Assembly: GCF_964355755.1 (NCBI RefSeq)
Contig: NC_092673.1
Span: 11,256,948 to 11,320,947 of the forward strand
DNA from: Antedon mediterranea
Lineage: Eukaryota > Animalia > Echinodermata
Reading direction: 5' to 3'
DNA length: 64,000 bases
The translations under genes were made by a program, and so were the position numbers. Shown piece by piece: positions 39,255-51,016 of the stretch. The notes under the pieces are model-generated. The model searched no databases and was not told the origin of the DNA. It was given only the letters and a program-made list of their open reading frames with translations. How positions within the stretch are numbered: the first letter of the stretch is position 1; the number at the start of each line of letters is the position of its first letter.

Positions 39255-40141
39255 CCGCGCGCGCATGTGAAGGTACAGTACTTAAAAAATAAAAATTATT
39301 CTGCAAATTAATAAAGATCAAATTAAATATACGCCATAAAGAATCGGAATATATTGTGGGGAATAGTATTATAAAATTACATAGGGAGATTTGATGATAA
39401 GACATTTTGTTTAAAATCGAGTGACATCCCGATAGCTGAGTTTTATTGAGTAAGCTGGCAGGAATAACTGTAGGCTATCTGTGTCCCGTTAGGACCAAGA
39501 TGTCTGCCCATGTTGCAAGCCGTAATGTCTTCTTTCTTGGGCCGAAACGGCCCACTCTGTCACGGCAGTTAGTTTCAAAAGATGTTTAAATTAAATAATG
39601 TATTAATAATTATTAGGATGGTATTTATTTGAATAAACGCCTCTCCAATAAAACATCACTTTGAATAATAATCCCCCCCTCCAACCCAACTATCTAATAA
39701 ACGTCCATCCACATTTATAATAACACAATTATACTATTTGTAGTAGAATTCATCGCACTGTTATCTACAATTTACCAAGCATTTGTTATTCTTTTTTACC
39801 ACTTTTCATATCTATTAGAGGATTTCATTTGATTATAAATGTTACCATATTATTAAAACTAAAAAATTTAACATCCCCTTGAATAAGCACCTCCCTCAAA
39901 TGAACTCCGCCTCCCCACCTCCGCCTTATAAGGGCGCTACCAAACAATAAACACTATACTTTAAAATGTTGTTAATCATTTAAGACACTGTGAAACAAGA
40001 GTAGTTTAGTTGGGTTACGAATGTCAAGCATTTTCAATAATGGTAACCGACAGAAAACGTACAAGGAGAACATTATCATTCCGAGAACCATTGTCTACAC
40101 TTCTTAGAGGGGGAGCAAGCGAAGCGAGCTCACCCTCTAGT
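39255..40141 (+). mobile_element. Helitron/Helentron-like element (family E, copy 2)
   Basis: Reverse complement of 6526-7325. Ends gagggggagcaagcgaagcgagctcaccctCTAGt, ~45 bp from the exon 2 donor. Confidence 0.7.
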
Positions 40142-40184
40142 GTAAGTAATTAAGTAAGTAATATTTATTGCTTGTACTACTTAC

Positions 40185-40279
40185 CATTAGGAAATGTTAA
40201 GAGACTGATTAGCAGAAAGAAAAATGCCACACAACAAAGTCCATTCCAAATGTTCTGTTCTGAATTTTCTTCACTGGTT
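40185..40279 (-). CDS. PTDSS1: PTDSS1 coding exon 2 (95 nt)
   Basis: tatacAG acceptor and GTAAGT donor. Reads (R)TSEENSEQNIWNGLCCVAFFFLLISLLTFPN(G), versus human [26 protein letters not shown]. Phase fits exons 1 and 3. Not in the ORF track. Confidence 0.92.
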
Positions 40280-41169
40280 CTGTATAAAACAGTAAATCAA
40301 TTGTTATTGATGTTATATCATACATAGGCTACACGTATTGTACCTTACATACTTAAGTCCAAGGTACAGCCATGAATTTTAAATATAATATAGATCTGGT
40401 TAAATGAACATTAACAAATATGTGTAACAGAAATTATGACCAACACAAATTTTCACTTAAAATTGCCAAAAACTACTACAGTATAAAATCTAGATATACT
40501 TTTTTCAGTAGTTTAACCAACTAGATGGTTCTCTAATAGTAATACTCAAATTCAAATGTACGCAATGCTTAGTTGGGTCTATAATATAGAAATAAATAGA
40601 CTAAAATTAGCACCCTGAGAATTACTTCTGAAAGAGAAACTAGTCAAACATTAGGGTTGTTAATTTATATATAGATGCAGGATTTAAACAATTTTAAATT
40701 GTGAGGACTTTAATACGCAAATCAAAACAAAATTAATGAACAGGAAAATAATGTAGATGAAGTAGGTATATGAATATGGTATAATCCTTAAACGAATGTA
40801 AATGTTATGCATGATTTAAAATAGGGAAATTGCGCAATTTAATGACATTTCATTCTTTTACCTGCATTTTTTATATATGCATACAGATTTCAATGACCTT
40901 TGGTTTTATCAAATACTGAAAATACCATGCGTAATTTGAATAGTGATTCATTTTGACACAAAAATTTCAAATTGCATTTGCTCAAATCACATAACAGAAA
41001 TACATTCAAATTTTCTGCGCAATTTGAATATCGCAGAAAATCCTCATCATTTTTTAAATTACATACATTCATACAAATCACACATAAAAGAAATAAATTT
41101 AATTAATTAAAATAATATAAAATCTAATAAACTCAGTTCATTCGGTTTTGTAAATTTACTGCACCAAGC

Positions 41170-41622
41170 TGATAATAATAATTGTCAGGAAAGGTCGGTA
41201 TGACAGTGCAACTAACGCCATGCGATCTTTGCACTGGCTTCCAATGTCTTATAGATGTCAATTCAAAATAGTGTGTCTTGTATGGCGTTCGCTTAAAGGC
41301 TCCACTCCAAGTTACCCGAGAGATATTCTTACTGTGCGGAATGTTTCTCGCAGTACTCGTTCAAGCACCAGCATTGTTAACCTGACAATCCCACGAACTA
41401 AACGAAAGACATTTGCTGACCGTTCGTTTGCCGTAGCAGGACCCACAATTTGGAACAGATTACCAAGTCACATTAAACACTTAGACGACTATAATCAGTT
41501 TAAAAAACATTTAAAAGCACTATATTTCAAACAATGTTATGATACCGATTGATGTGAAGCACAGCTGATTATAATTAAATGTTGTATAAATGTGCGCTAT
41601 ACAAGAAATAATAATAATAATT
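41170..41622 (+). mobile_element. L2-group LINE, 3' fragment
   Basis: LHWLPMSYRCQFKI..ADRSFAVAGPTIWNRLP..FKKHLK, then gcgctataca and (AAT)n. Confidence 0.85.
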
Positions 41623-41672
41623 TCTTTTGAAATAAGAGGACAACTATAAGAGACTTCAACAATTTCAACGGT

Positions 41673-41792
41673 ATGGAAGTTACTATCTCCAGCAAGCAGC
41701 GACCACGTTTCAGTCCTGCATCCCCGCACATTATGGAAGTTACCATCTCCAGCAAGCAGCGACCACGTGTCAGTCCTGCATCCCCGCACATG
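41673..41792. repeat. 60-bp tandem duplication
   Basis: atggaagttacyatctccagcaagcagcgaccacgtktcagtcctgcatccccgcacat, two copies. Confidence 0.9.
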
Positions 41793-42639
41793 ATGATTGT
41801 GGTTTTTTTTCCCTCAAAAACAGATTATTTCAGTCTGTATTACAATATATGTAATGTTATATCTTCAAAAGATTTTTAGAAAACCATGTGACTATTTAGA
41901 ATTAGGTTATCATTTTTAATAAAGGATTTATGATGATGATGATTTGCACATTTGTAGAATTTCATTTGCACATTTACGTAAAATATAATGGACTCATAAA
42001 ATAGATTTTGCGATGCACCTGTGACGTCACAGCAAGCGCTGGCGGCGATATCCTTAATCTCCCTACATGTACATACAGGTTTTTATATGGCGCCTTGTAA
42101 ATGTTATACAATTTTTAAGCAAATTACTCGACTCCATACTCTACATAGGCATAGTTGGACAGAAAGATGGCTGGTGTACACTCCATGTGACTGGGTAGTT
42201 GGGTTTGGAGGCTATAATTCTAGGCCTCTACTGCAGTTTCGCACCACACTGTTATATCTTCGATTTCTCATCTAAATTTTTTCCGACAGTCACACCCACA
42301 TCATACAATTTTGGGCCATTATGTAACATGTTCACATGATTTAGCCACCATTAAAGTATCCTTTTCACAATAAAAAATGCCTTGAATACTTTGATCTAAC
42401 TGGGGCCATTTCAGAATCAGAAAATTGCCAGAAATCAATGTATGTTTTATTTTCCGTCTTTATTTTAAACTATAGAGAGTGGTTTTAAAGAACCATATGC
42501 TGTACATATATCAAAACGGCGAGGAGATGAGTTCGTACATATAACATTTTATTTTTGTTAAACAATGCTGTTCACAATCATAAACCATATAGGCACATTT
42601 CAATTTATGGTGCGAGTTTTGAAAATTATTGACATTAAT

Positions 42640-43148
42640 TAATTAATTAATTACTGTACGACAAATTTTATTTTTTTAAGCTTTCTAAGAATCGCGCGCG
42701 CAAAAACGTGTTTTTGCGCAGTAATTTTTTAAAACACGCAAACGGCCTAATTCATGCTCTAAATTGATCAAAACTTAATTTTGAGCTTTTTAAATTTTTA
42801 ACGCGCGATTTCACACCCTACGTGCGTGTGCGTTTTTATTTGCTAATATTTTTACTCTTGATCTGAAGTTCAATTAATTTCATTAATTTGTGATAATGAA
42901 TTATGGAGATATGATTGATAATGTGATTTCACAAAATGGCGTATAAATGACGTCACGGTTAAGTGATCACGCTGAAAAGCTTATTAGGATTAAGTTACAG
43001 TATTTGAAAGATATTGTGAAATTTTGGTAATCATTGACTTTAAACTTTTTGAGATAATTGTTACACAAAATAGTGTACAGAAACAATAATAACTTTAAAG
43101 ATTTCATACAACAATAGGTGATCATTTTATTCTAAATGATCACCTAAT
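42640..43148 (-). mobile_element. Helentron-like terminal fragment
   Basis: Ends taggtgatcattt-tattct-aaatgatcaccta in an AAT run; body resembles the distal part of families A/B/C. Confidence 0.6.
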
Positions 43149-43548
43149 AATAATAATCAATCGGGAGAAAAATGGCAAAGGGTTTCCTACTTTCTAGGAT
43201 TTTTTATCAGATAATCTATATTGTTTTGACAACACTTGTAACATGACCACAGTCCTGATTTTGTCATTTTTCCTCTAACTGTAATATTATTAATAATAAT
43301 AATTTATTGGAAACTTACTTTTACAACAGTGGTACACTTCGATTATAAAGGTGCATTAAAATATTAATAATTATTAATGAAATATTAATTTAACCTCTAT
43401 TATATTACGCCAGTTGGAAAAACTGCCTTTCAAAATTAAAAATAAATATTTCTTTTTTCTTTATAGTTTCTACATTTTGGGGAAAATAAAGCATACATTC
43501 TGGCAATTAATTGTTAAAATATAAGATGGCAAATATTTTGCAGTCTAG

Positions 43549-44021
43549 GGGTGGATTGCTATAAAACAGTCTTAACTGATGGTCTTAACTCCCCGATTAA
43601 AGCCGGCTTTATCAGATAGACGGTCTTACTAAAGCCACCCCTGTTAGACTATTGCTATAAACAGTTTTAGATAAGACCGTGTAAAGTAACAAATTGAGGG
43701 CGTACTTTGCACGTAAAATACCAAATAAGGTAATGTTCGTCACACTTGTTCAATTCACAATCATAACAGTACTCTATCAGTAAATCTATTCTAGGCCTAA
43801 AATAATATTTTTTTTAAATGATAAATAATATGTAAAAGCAACAAAAAGAGAGGTTTCAGACTGTTTTTTAAGATTCCTTCGAGTAGGCTTTAATTTTAAA
43901 GACCGCTTACAGGTTAGACCGCGGTATAGCAATGGTCTATAACAAAGACTACTTGCTACGTCACGAATTATAGTCGGCTAAGCGCTAAGACCATTTATAG
44001 ACCGCTTATAGCAATCCGCCC
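43549..44021. mobile_element. MITE (Harbinger-like)
   Basis: TIRs gggtggattgctataa / ttatagcaatccgccc. Confidence 0.65.
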
Positions 44022-44059
44022 AAGTATGTTGACAGCAGAGAGATGTAATAAATCAACGG

Positions 44060-44393
44060 ATGTGCTCCAGCCTACATATGTGACATCATTACTCCGTCAA
44101 CCAACTCTTCGCTTCGTTCATCCAGCAGACTTCTTCTTAAACCTGGACCCCGTTCCAGAACTCGGTTTTACGGTGATCGTGCTTTCGCTGTCGCAGCCCC
44201 AAAACTCTGGAACACTCTACCCCTCGAAATACGCTCATCAAAATCTGTTATCACATTTAAAACTAAACTCAAAACTCATCTCTTCAGAGAAGCATAATCG
44301 CACGCTACTACTTGCACAGATCTTGGAAACACAGCGCTTTGAAACCTTTGTCTCTTGCGCTTTATAAATGTTATTTATTATTATTATTATTAA
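44060..44393 (+). mobile_element. L2-group LINE, 3' fragment
   Basis: YGDRAFAVAAPKLWNTLPLEIRSSKSVITFKTKLKTHLFREA, then gcgctttataaat and (ATT)n. Confidence 0.85.
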
Positions 44394-44431
44394 TAAGCGG
44401 AAGGCTAGTGGGCGTACTCCAGACTGAAAAG

Positions 44432-44793
44432 TGATTCCAACAGAAGGGGGAACCAACAAGATGGCGGCCATAAATGTGTTCAAAAACATTATTTAATATA
44501 AAAAATAACAGGTAATACATTAAGACCACATAAATTACAACACATATTCTATCAAATTAAATATATTGTTAATCGCAATGGAATGAATAATTTCTTGGTA
44601 ATAAATTTAGCATTTTTATATACGAGGATCATATAGAATGCGTACGCGTTTATACACTTAACACGATGCATATCGTTCTTTGCTCAACACAGGCGCATAC
44701 TGTAGCAGCAGTGCGTATTGATTGCGCGCGTAGGGCATGTCTGATTGGTCCATTGCAGCCGCCATCTTGCTGGTTCCCTCTCCATGGAGAATC
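44432..44793. mobile_element. MITE with YY1-like motifs in its inverted repeats
   Basis: gggaaccaacaagatggcggc / gccgccatcttgctggttccc. Confidence 0.55.
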
Positions 44794-45114
44794 ATCATTT
44801 GAACTGCAATAACATTATCGGCTATTATATCACTGGTTGACTGAAGTGACAGCGAGTTCAATTCAGTCATCGTTTAAAATGTTTAATAGAAAAGTATTGT
44901 TATTTAAAAAAATTTACTTCATAAGTGGTCCAATCGTAATAGACATGTTACATAATAATATTATGCTTTGAGTGTGAAAATTTTTAATTTAGGTGAGAAA
45001 TCGAAGATATAACAGTGTGGTGCGAAACTGTAGTAGCGGCCCTCTTATGCTACTGTATTTTGCCTAGACTAGAGGGCCTAGCCTAGGGCCAGGCCTCTAC
45101 AGTACCGTACGTAC

Positions 45115-45287
45115 CGAGTAAATGCGAAAAACACAGTTGCGAAAAAAGCACCAAATAACAGAGTAAGCGTATGAGGCTTGTAAAAAAAGTCGAGAGTTAT
45201 ATCATCCACTTCTTGTTCATTTATAAGACGAAAATGATCACTAATCTCTGATGATGTTCGTCTGTGTCCCGTCCTAGATCGACCCAT
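45115..45287 (-). CDS. PTDSS1: Phosphatidylserine synthase 1, coding exon 1
   Basis: Translates [58 protein letters not shown], matching the PTDSS1 N-terminus ([27 protein letters not shown]...FAFTR). Followed by a GTACGT donor in phase 2. Confidence 0.93.
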
Positions 45288-46532
45288 CCTGTTTTTTTTT
45301 TTAAAGAACGTTAATTAAACGTATAACACAAGAATCTCGTGTTCGTCCGATGCCGCCCATTCAACAAAGCCAGCTCTCACAATATCGCGATCGTACAGTA
45401 ACGGTTTCTGCCATGCTGTAGTACAGGGTTAAAACCACAGAGGTGTTATAAAGCGAAGGCTAGAGGGCGTACTCCAGTTTGAATAGTCAGAGCCATAACA
45501 TAAAGAGTTGCGACTTTTAATTAATTCCTATGTAGAGTAGGCCTATATGGGCAGTGAGTCCTTTGTTTTTAAAATGTATAACGTTCAAAAAGGCTTTAAC
45601 TATCGAATTTAATATCAAAATAATCAATTTGTTTAAAGGTTTTTGTTAAAATAATAATAACATTATAAAATTACTGCAAACATGATTTAAAAAATATCTT
45701 TAAAAACAGCGCAATAAGTCCCATTTGACTGTCAATCTAGACCGATTTTATAATACTGAATTCGCTGTCATATAATCATTGAATTATTATTAAAACAGTC
45801 CATATAATAGAAAAGTTTTTGTTTGTAATACTAATAGGATACAATTTGTTCACACTTGAAGAATCTAGGCTTGATGAAGTGACCCCCGCCCCCAGACTTG
45901 ACCTTAGCTATAAAATAAACTAAAGTGACAGAAATTGAGTCTGTTTAGTATAATAAAGTAATATTATTTAGACATCATTTTTATTTAAATTATTTAATAA
46001 GCACATCATCTTTTACAGATTTAGTATTTTTTATTTTTCAATTGCACAATTATGGCATATCAAAGTATGAATTCTTGTTGTATTTTACTTCAAAAATACA
46101 AAAGTTATTCACTTCTGTTTCAAAAAAATAATATTTATTCACGTATAAAAAGAGAAAAGAAACGTTTAATTACAACCCCAAAACCACTGTCTGACAGACA
46201 ATTTAATTATTTTTTGCTTTAAAAATTACATTTTTTGATGTAAATAATTGTTTATTTCGTGAATAACTATTATGTGACAATAAAATGACACATTCAAAAA
46301 CAAATTTGAAATAAAAAATATTTTTCAGGGGACAATATCCCTTTAAAACTGTTATGTCAACAAGCGAGCAGCGTTTTTTGTAAGAAATATTTCTTGTTTA
46401 TTATATATACCGTAAATCTTCTAATTGTGACCCTGGGTTAGTAATCTTTGATTTTTTTTTTAGGGTGGGTTACTATTGTAACCCCAGAAGTTAAGGTCAC
46501 GCTATAGAGGGCGTTCATAGAATGTAATATTA

Positions 46533-48183
46533 GCTCTGCTAACTTTTCTGGCTGTTTACTTTCTTTTTGATTTAGCTTTTCGCTTTTTTTTTGTATCTCC
46601 ATTGAGATCCAGCAACTGATACCAACAGCATTGTCATTTTTTCAGTAATTTGCCTTTGGATTTATATATATATATAAAAAAAGCGAAAAGCTAAATCAAA
46701 ACGATAAAGTAAACCGCCAGAAAAGTTAGCAGAGTTTCGGGCAACACTAGCCCTTCATGTGCAAGTGAGGGAATTTGGATAAAGTCATAGCATAAGAGTT
46801 GGCAAGTGCTGCCTGGGTGGACAGGAATAAAAGAAATATAACAATCAGCGCCATGAGCAATGAATGTTGGAATGGTGCTATATAAATCGAACGATTGATT
46901 GATTGATTGAAACAGCGTGTTAAATGGTAGGTGGAGACTGAATAAGAGTAGAAAACAAAGAAGGTAGGCCCCTATAGCTTGGTAGATATATAAACAATTT
47001 TGGAATGGAACTAAAAAAAGCTAAAATGGTGGTTAATATTGAAACTTAAATTTTGGTAGTCCCTGGTCAATGGAATAATTTTACCGATCTGGGAGTATTG
47101 TTCCTAATGTTAAGTCCAAAAGGTTTTGTGGGTTTAAGTAGTAATTCCCAGTGGTTTTCTTTGCCTTTGCGAGTTTTGTCGCTCCATTTGACATCGTGGT
47201 CTATTGCAATAACTCTGAAATTTGCAATAGAGTGACCAGCTGAATTAAAATGTTCGGCTACAGGTTCATCAAGCTTTAATGTTTCGATAGCTGATCTGTG
47301 TTGTGTCATTCTCATACGGAGAGTGTTTTTTGTTTCTCCGACGTACTGTTTGCCACAAATATTACAGTATATGAGATAAATGACGTTTTTGGTTAGACAA
47401 TTAATTGATTGTCTTATCCGAAAAATGCGGCCAGTTTGGTTACTCTCAATTTTTTCAGTAGAATCAACCAATGAACAAGTTTTGCAAGATTTTCCGCAAA
47501 GGTGACTGCCCACATTTTGGCTGTCATGAGAGTTAATTTCACTCTTAAATTTGGATCTGACTAATATGTCACGAAGGTTGGAAGGTCTACGAAATGCAAT
47601 AATGGGTGGTTCCGGAAAAACCGCCCTGAGACGTTCTGTGAACTGTAGAATGGGCATATGTTTCTCAATAATAGCCCGTAATGGAGGCAACCTAGGGTGA
47701 TAGGTTGTGACCAATGGCACTCTGGTCGAATTTTTTGGCTGACGTGGTTTGTACGTCAGTGTTTGACATCGAGGAATATCTTTTGCTTTCTTTATAGCAG
47801 TTTCGATATATTCCTTCTTGTAATTTCTATTCCGGAGATGTCCGGTTAGTTCTTCGGTACGATTCTGAAAATCTAAATCTGAAGAACAGATACGTCTGAT
47901 ACGTAATGCTTGACTGTACGGTATGTTTTTAGTACAGTGTCGGGGGTGACAACTGCTAGGGAGCAGGTACATATTTTTATCCGTGGGTTTACGGAATAGG
48001 TCAGTTTTGAGTGTACCATTTTTTATGGTCACTATAGTGTCCAAAAAAATCAACGCTACTAGTGGAATTGGTAGCTGTAAATTTTATAGTTGGGTGGACT
48101 AAATTAATATTGAGAAGAAAAGATTCCAAATTATCTTCACCATGGGTCCAGATCATGAAGATGTCGTCAATGTATCTAAACCA
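46533..48183 (-). mobile_element. Penelope-like element (Neptune-type), 3' portion: RT C-terminus, GIY-YIG endonuclease and 3' region
   Basis: WFRYIDDIFMIWTHG, (frameshift) FLDT..TDLFRKPTD..YL..SCHP..KNIPYSQALRIRRICS, a CGKSCKTC linker, and NVIYLIYCNICGKQYVGET..R..QH. Inverted terminal segment at 46533-46590 versus 46676-46734. Confidence 0.93.
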
Positions 48184-51016
48184 AACTAGATTTAATTCGT
48201 CACTATGACGAATTATAGGTTATATGCATTGATAATTAAAATAAAGATAATTTATTTTTAAAAGATATTTTGATTCATTGATTTTCTCAGATTCTTTAAA
48301 TAATATATAATATATGATAGGACCTTGCTAACGCGAATACAATAGCCGGTATCACAATCCGATCAAAGATCCCTCTGCGTATAATGTCATAAACCACATT
48401 TGCTGTTACATAATAATAAAGACATAAGTTATTTTTTATCTAGATTTCATTATAAATCATGTGTATAATATATACACTAAGAAATAAATTTGAACAAACA
48501 ATACGGATAATAAAAAAAAAAATTTATTTCGTTTCCCAAGGTGAGACTCGATCTCGGTACCTTGAGTGCCATAGACACGAGCACACACCACCGAGCCATA
48601 CACAACTGACTAAAAATCGTAGAAAAATTCCTCCGTGTATTTACTATGCAGTAACCACTTTGGTGCAGATAGATTATTACATACCGCAATGAATTATAAT
48701 TTTTTACTATGATGACATCTCTAAAAATGTACAAAAATGATGCACTGTCAAACTATATACTTTTAACTTTAATATATGAACTTTTGAAGGAAGAAAGTTA
48801 ATGTTAAGTTTGTTATTTTGGCCTAAGAAAATGTCATAATTTGTTTGATTGTCGAAATGAATTTTTTTTAATTTAATATGAAATTAATTATGGCTTAATC
48901 AACTTTTGTTCCCTTAGTTTAATAATAAATCATACATAAGATACATAAACTTCAAGAAAATTAAATAAAAAATATGTGTTCCCGAGCATTCTGACGATCT
49001 ATATTAATTTTAAAATTTAGCATATTTTCACCATTTTGTTAACTTACACGTGCGTAGCCTGTCACTTTTGACGTGCTCGTATAAGGCAATTACGCGTTGA
49101 AAAGTGAATAAAATATGATGATATTATTAAAGAAAGGTTGTACAACCGAAATCGGACAAAAAGAGTGCGCATTAACGTATAACGCGCAGTGCGCGTGCAA
49201 AAATCTGCGCACTCATGGCAATTTTTTAAACGCTTAAAATTGCCTGAAACGTACTCTAATTTCATCGAAAATAAATTTTGACAATTTTGAACATTTTAAG
49301 CGCGCGTACGCAAGCGTTATATGCGCTACGCACGTAATTGTATTGCCATATGATGAAATATGACCTGAAATTTATGAGTACCAAATTTTGTTTAATTGTG
49401 ATTCATGCTTGTGAAGATATGATTACAAACGTGATTTCGTAAAATCGCGCGTAGACCGCGTAATTTTTGATTACGCATCGTGAAAATATAACCACATCGA
49501 TTCCTGGCCATAAGGAATATCCTCTGAAAAATTGACTTAGATAGATGAAACTGATATCAAGATAATTCACGGACAAAATAGTGCTAAGGAAAGAATAAAT
49601 AAACTAGATTTAATTCGTCACTATGACGAATTATAGGTTATATGCATTGATTTAAATAAAGATAATTGATTTTTAAAAGATATATTGATTGATTGATTTT
49701 CTCAGAATCTTTAATTATTTATAATATATGATAGGACCTTGCTAACGCGAACACCATAGCCGGTATCACAATCCGATCAAAGATCCATATGCGTATAATG
49801 TCATAAACCACATTTGTTGTTACATAATAATAAAGACATAAGTTAATTTTTATCTAGATTTCATTATAAATCATGTGTATAATCTATACACTAAGAAATA
49901 AATTTGAACAAACAATACGGATAATAAAAAAAAAAAATCTTATTTCGTTTCCCAAGGTGAGACTCGATCTCGGTACCTTGAATGCCATAGACACGAGCAC
50001 AGACCACCGAGCCGTACACAACTGACTAAAAGTTGTAGAAAAATTCCTCCGTGTATTTACTATGCAGTAACCACTTTGATGCAAATAGATTATTACATAC
50101 CGAAATGAATTATAATTTTTTACTATGATGACATCTTTAAAATGTATACAAATGATGCACTGTCAAACTACATACTTTTAACTTTAATATATGAATTTTT
50201 GAAGGAAGAAAGTTAATGTTAAGTTTGTTATTTTGGCCTAAGAAAATGTCATAATTTGTTTGATTGTCGAAATTATGTTTTTTTAATTTAATATGCAATT
50301 AATGATGACTTAATCAACTTTTGTTCTCTTAATTTGATAATAAATCATACATATGATACATACACTTCAAGAAAATGAAATAAAAAATAGGTGTTCCCCT
50401 GCATTCTGACGATATATATTAATTTTAAAATTTAGCATATTTTCACCATTTTGTTAACTTATACGTGCGTAGCCCGTCACTTTTGACGTGCTCGTATAAC
50501 GCAATTTCGAGTTGAAACCTGAATCAAATATGATGATATTATTAAAGAAAGGTTATACAACAGTAATCGGACACAAACAGTGTGCATTAACGTTTGATGC
50601 GCAGTGCGCGTGCAAAAATCTGCGCACTCATGGCAATTTTTTAAACGCCTAAAATTGCCTGAAACGTACTCTAATTTCATCGAAAATAAATTCTGACAAT
50701 TTTCAACATTTTAAGCGCGCGTACGCATGCGTTATATGCGCTACGCACGTAATTGTATTGCCATATTATGAAATATGACCTGAAATTTATGAGTACCAAA
50801 TTTTGTTTAATTGTGATTCATGCTTGTGAAGATATGATTACAAACGTGATTTCGTAAAATCGCGCGTAGACCGCGTAATTTTTGATTACGCATCGTGAAA
50901 ATATAACCACATCGATTCCTGGCCATAAGGAATATACTCTGAAAACTTGACTTAGCTAGATAAAACTGATGCCAAGATAATGCATGGACAAAATAGTGCT
51001 AAGGAAAGAATAAATA

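Larger units (their letters stand above)
42223..45041. mobile_element. TIR-bounded composite element in PTDSS1 intron 1
   Basis: ~55-bp inverted repeats (ctactgcagtttcgcaccacactgttatatcttcgatttctca) at 42223-42278 and 44986-45041. TSD not evident. Confidence 0.65.
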
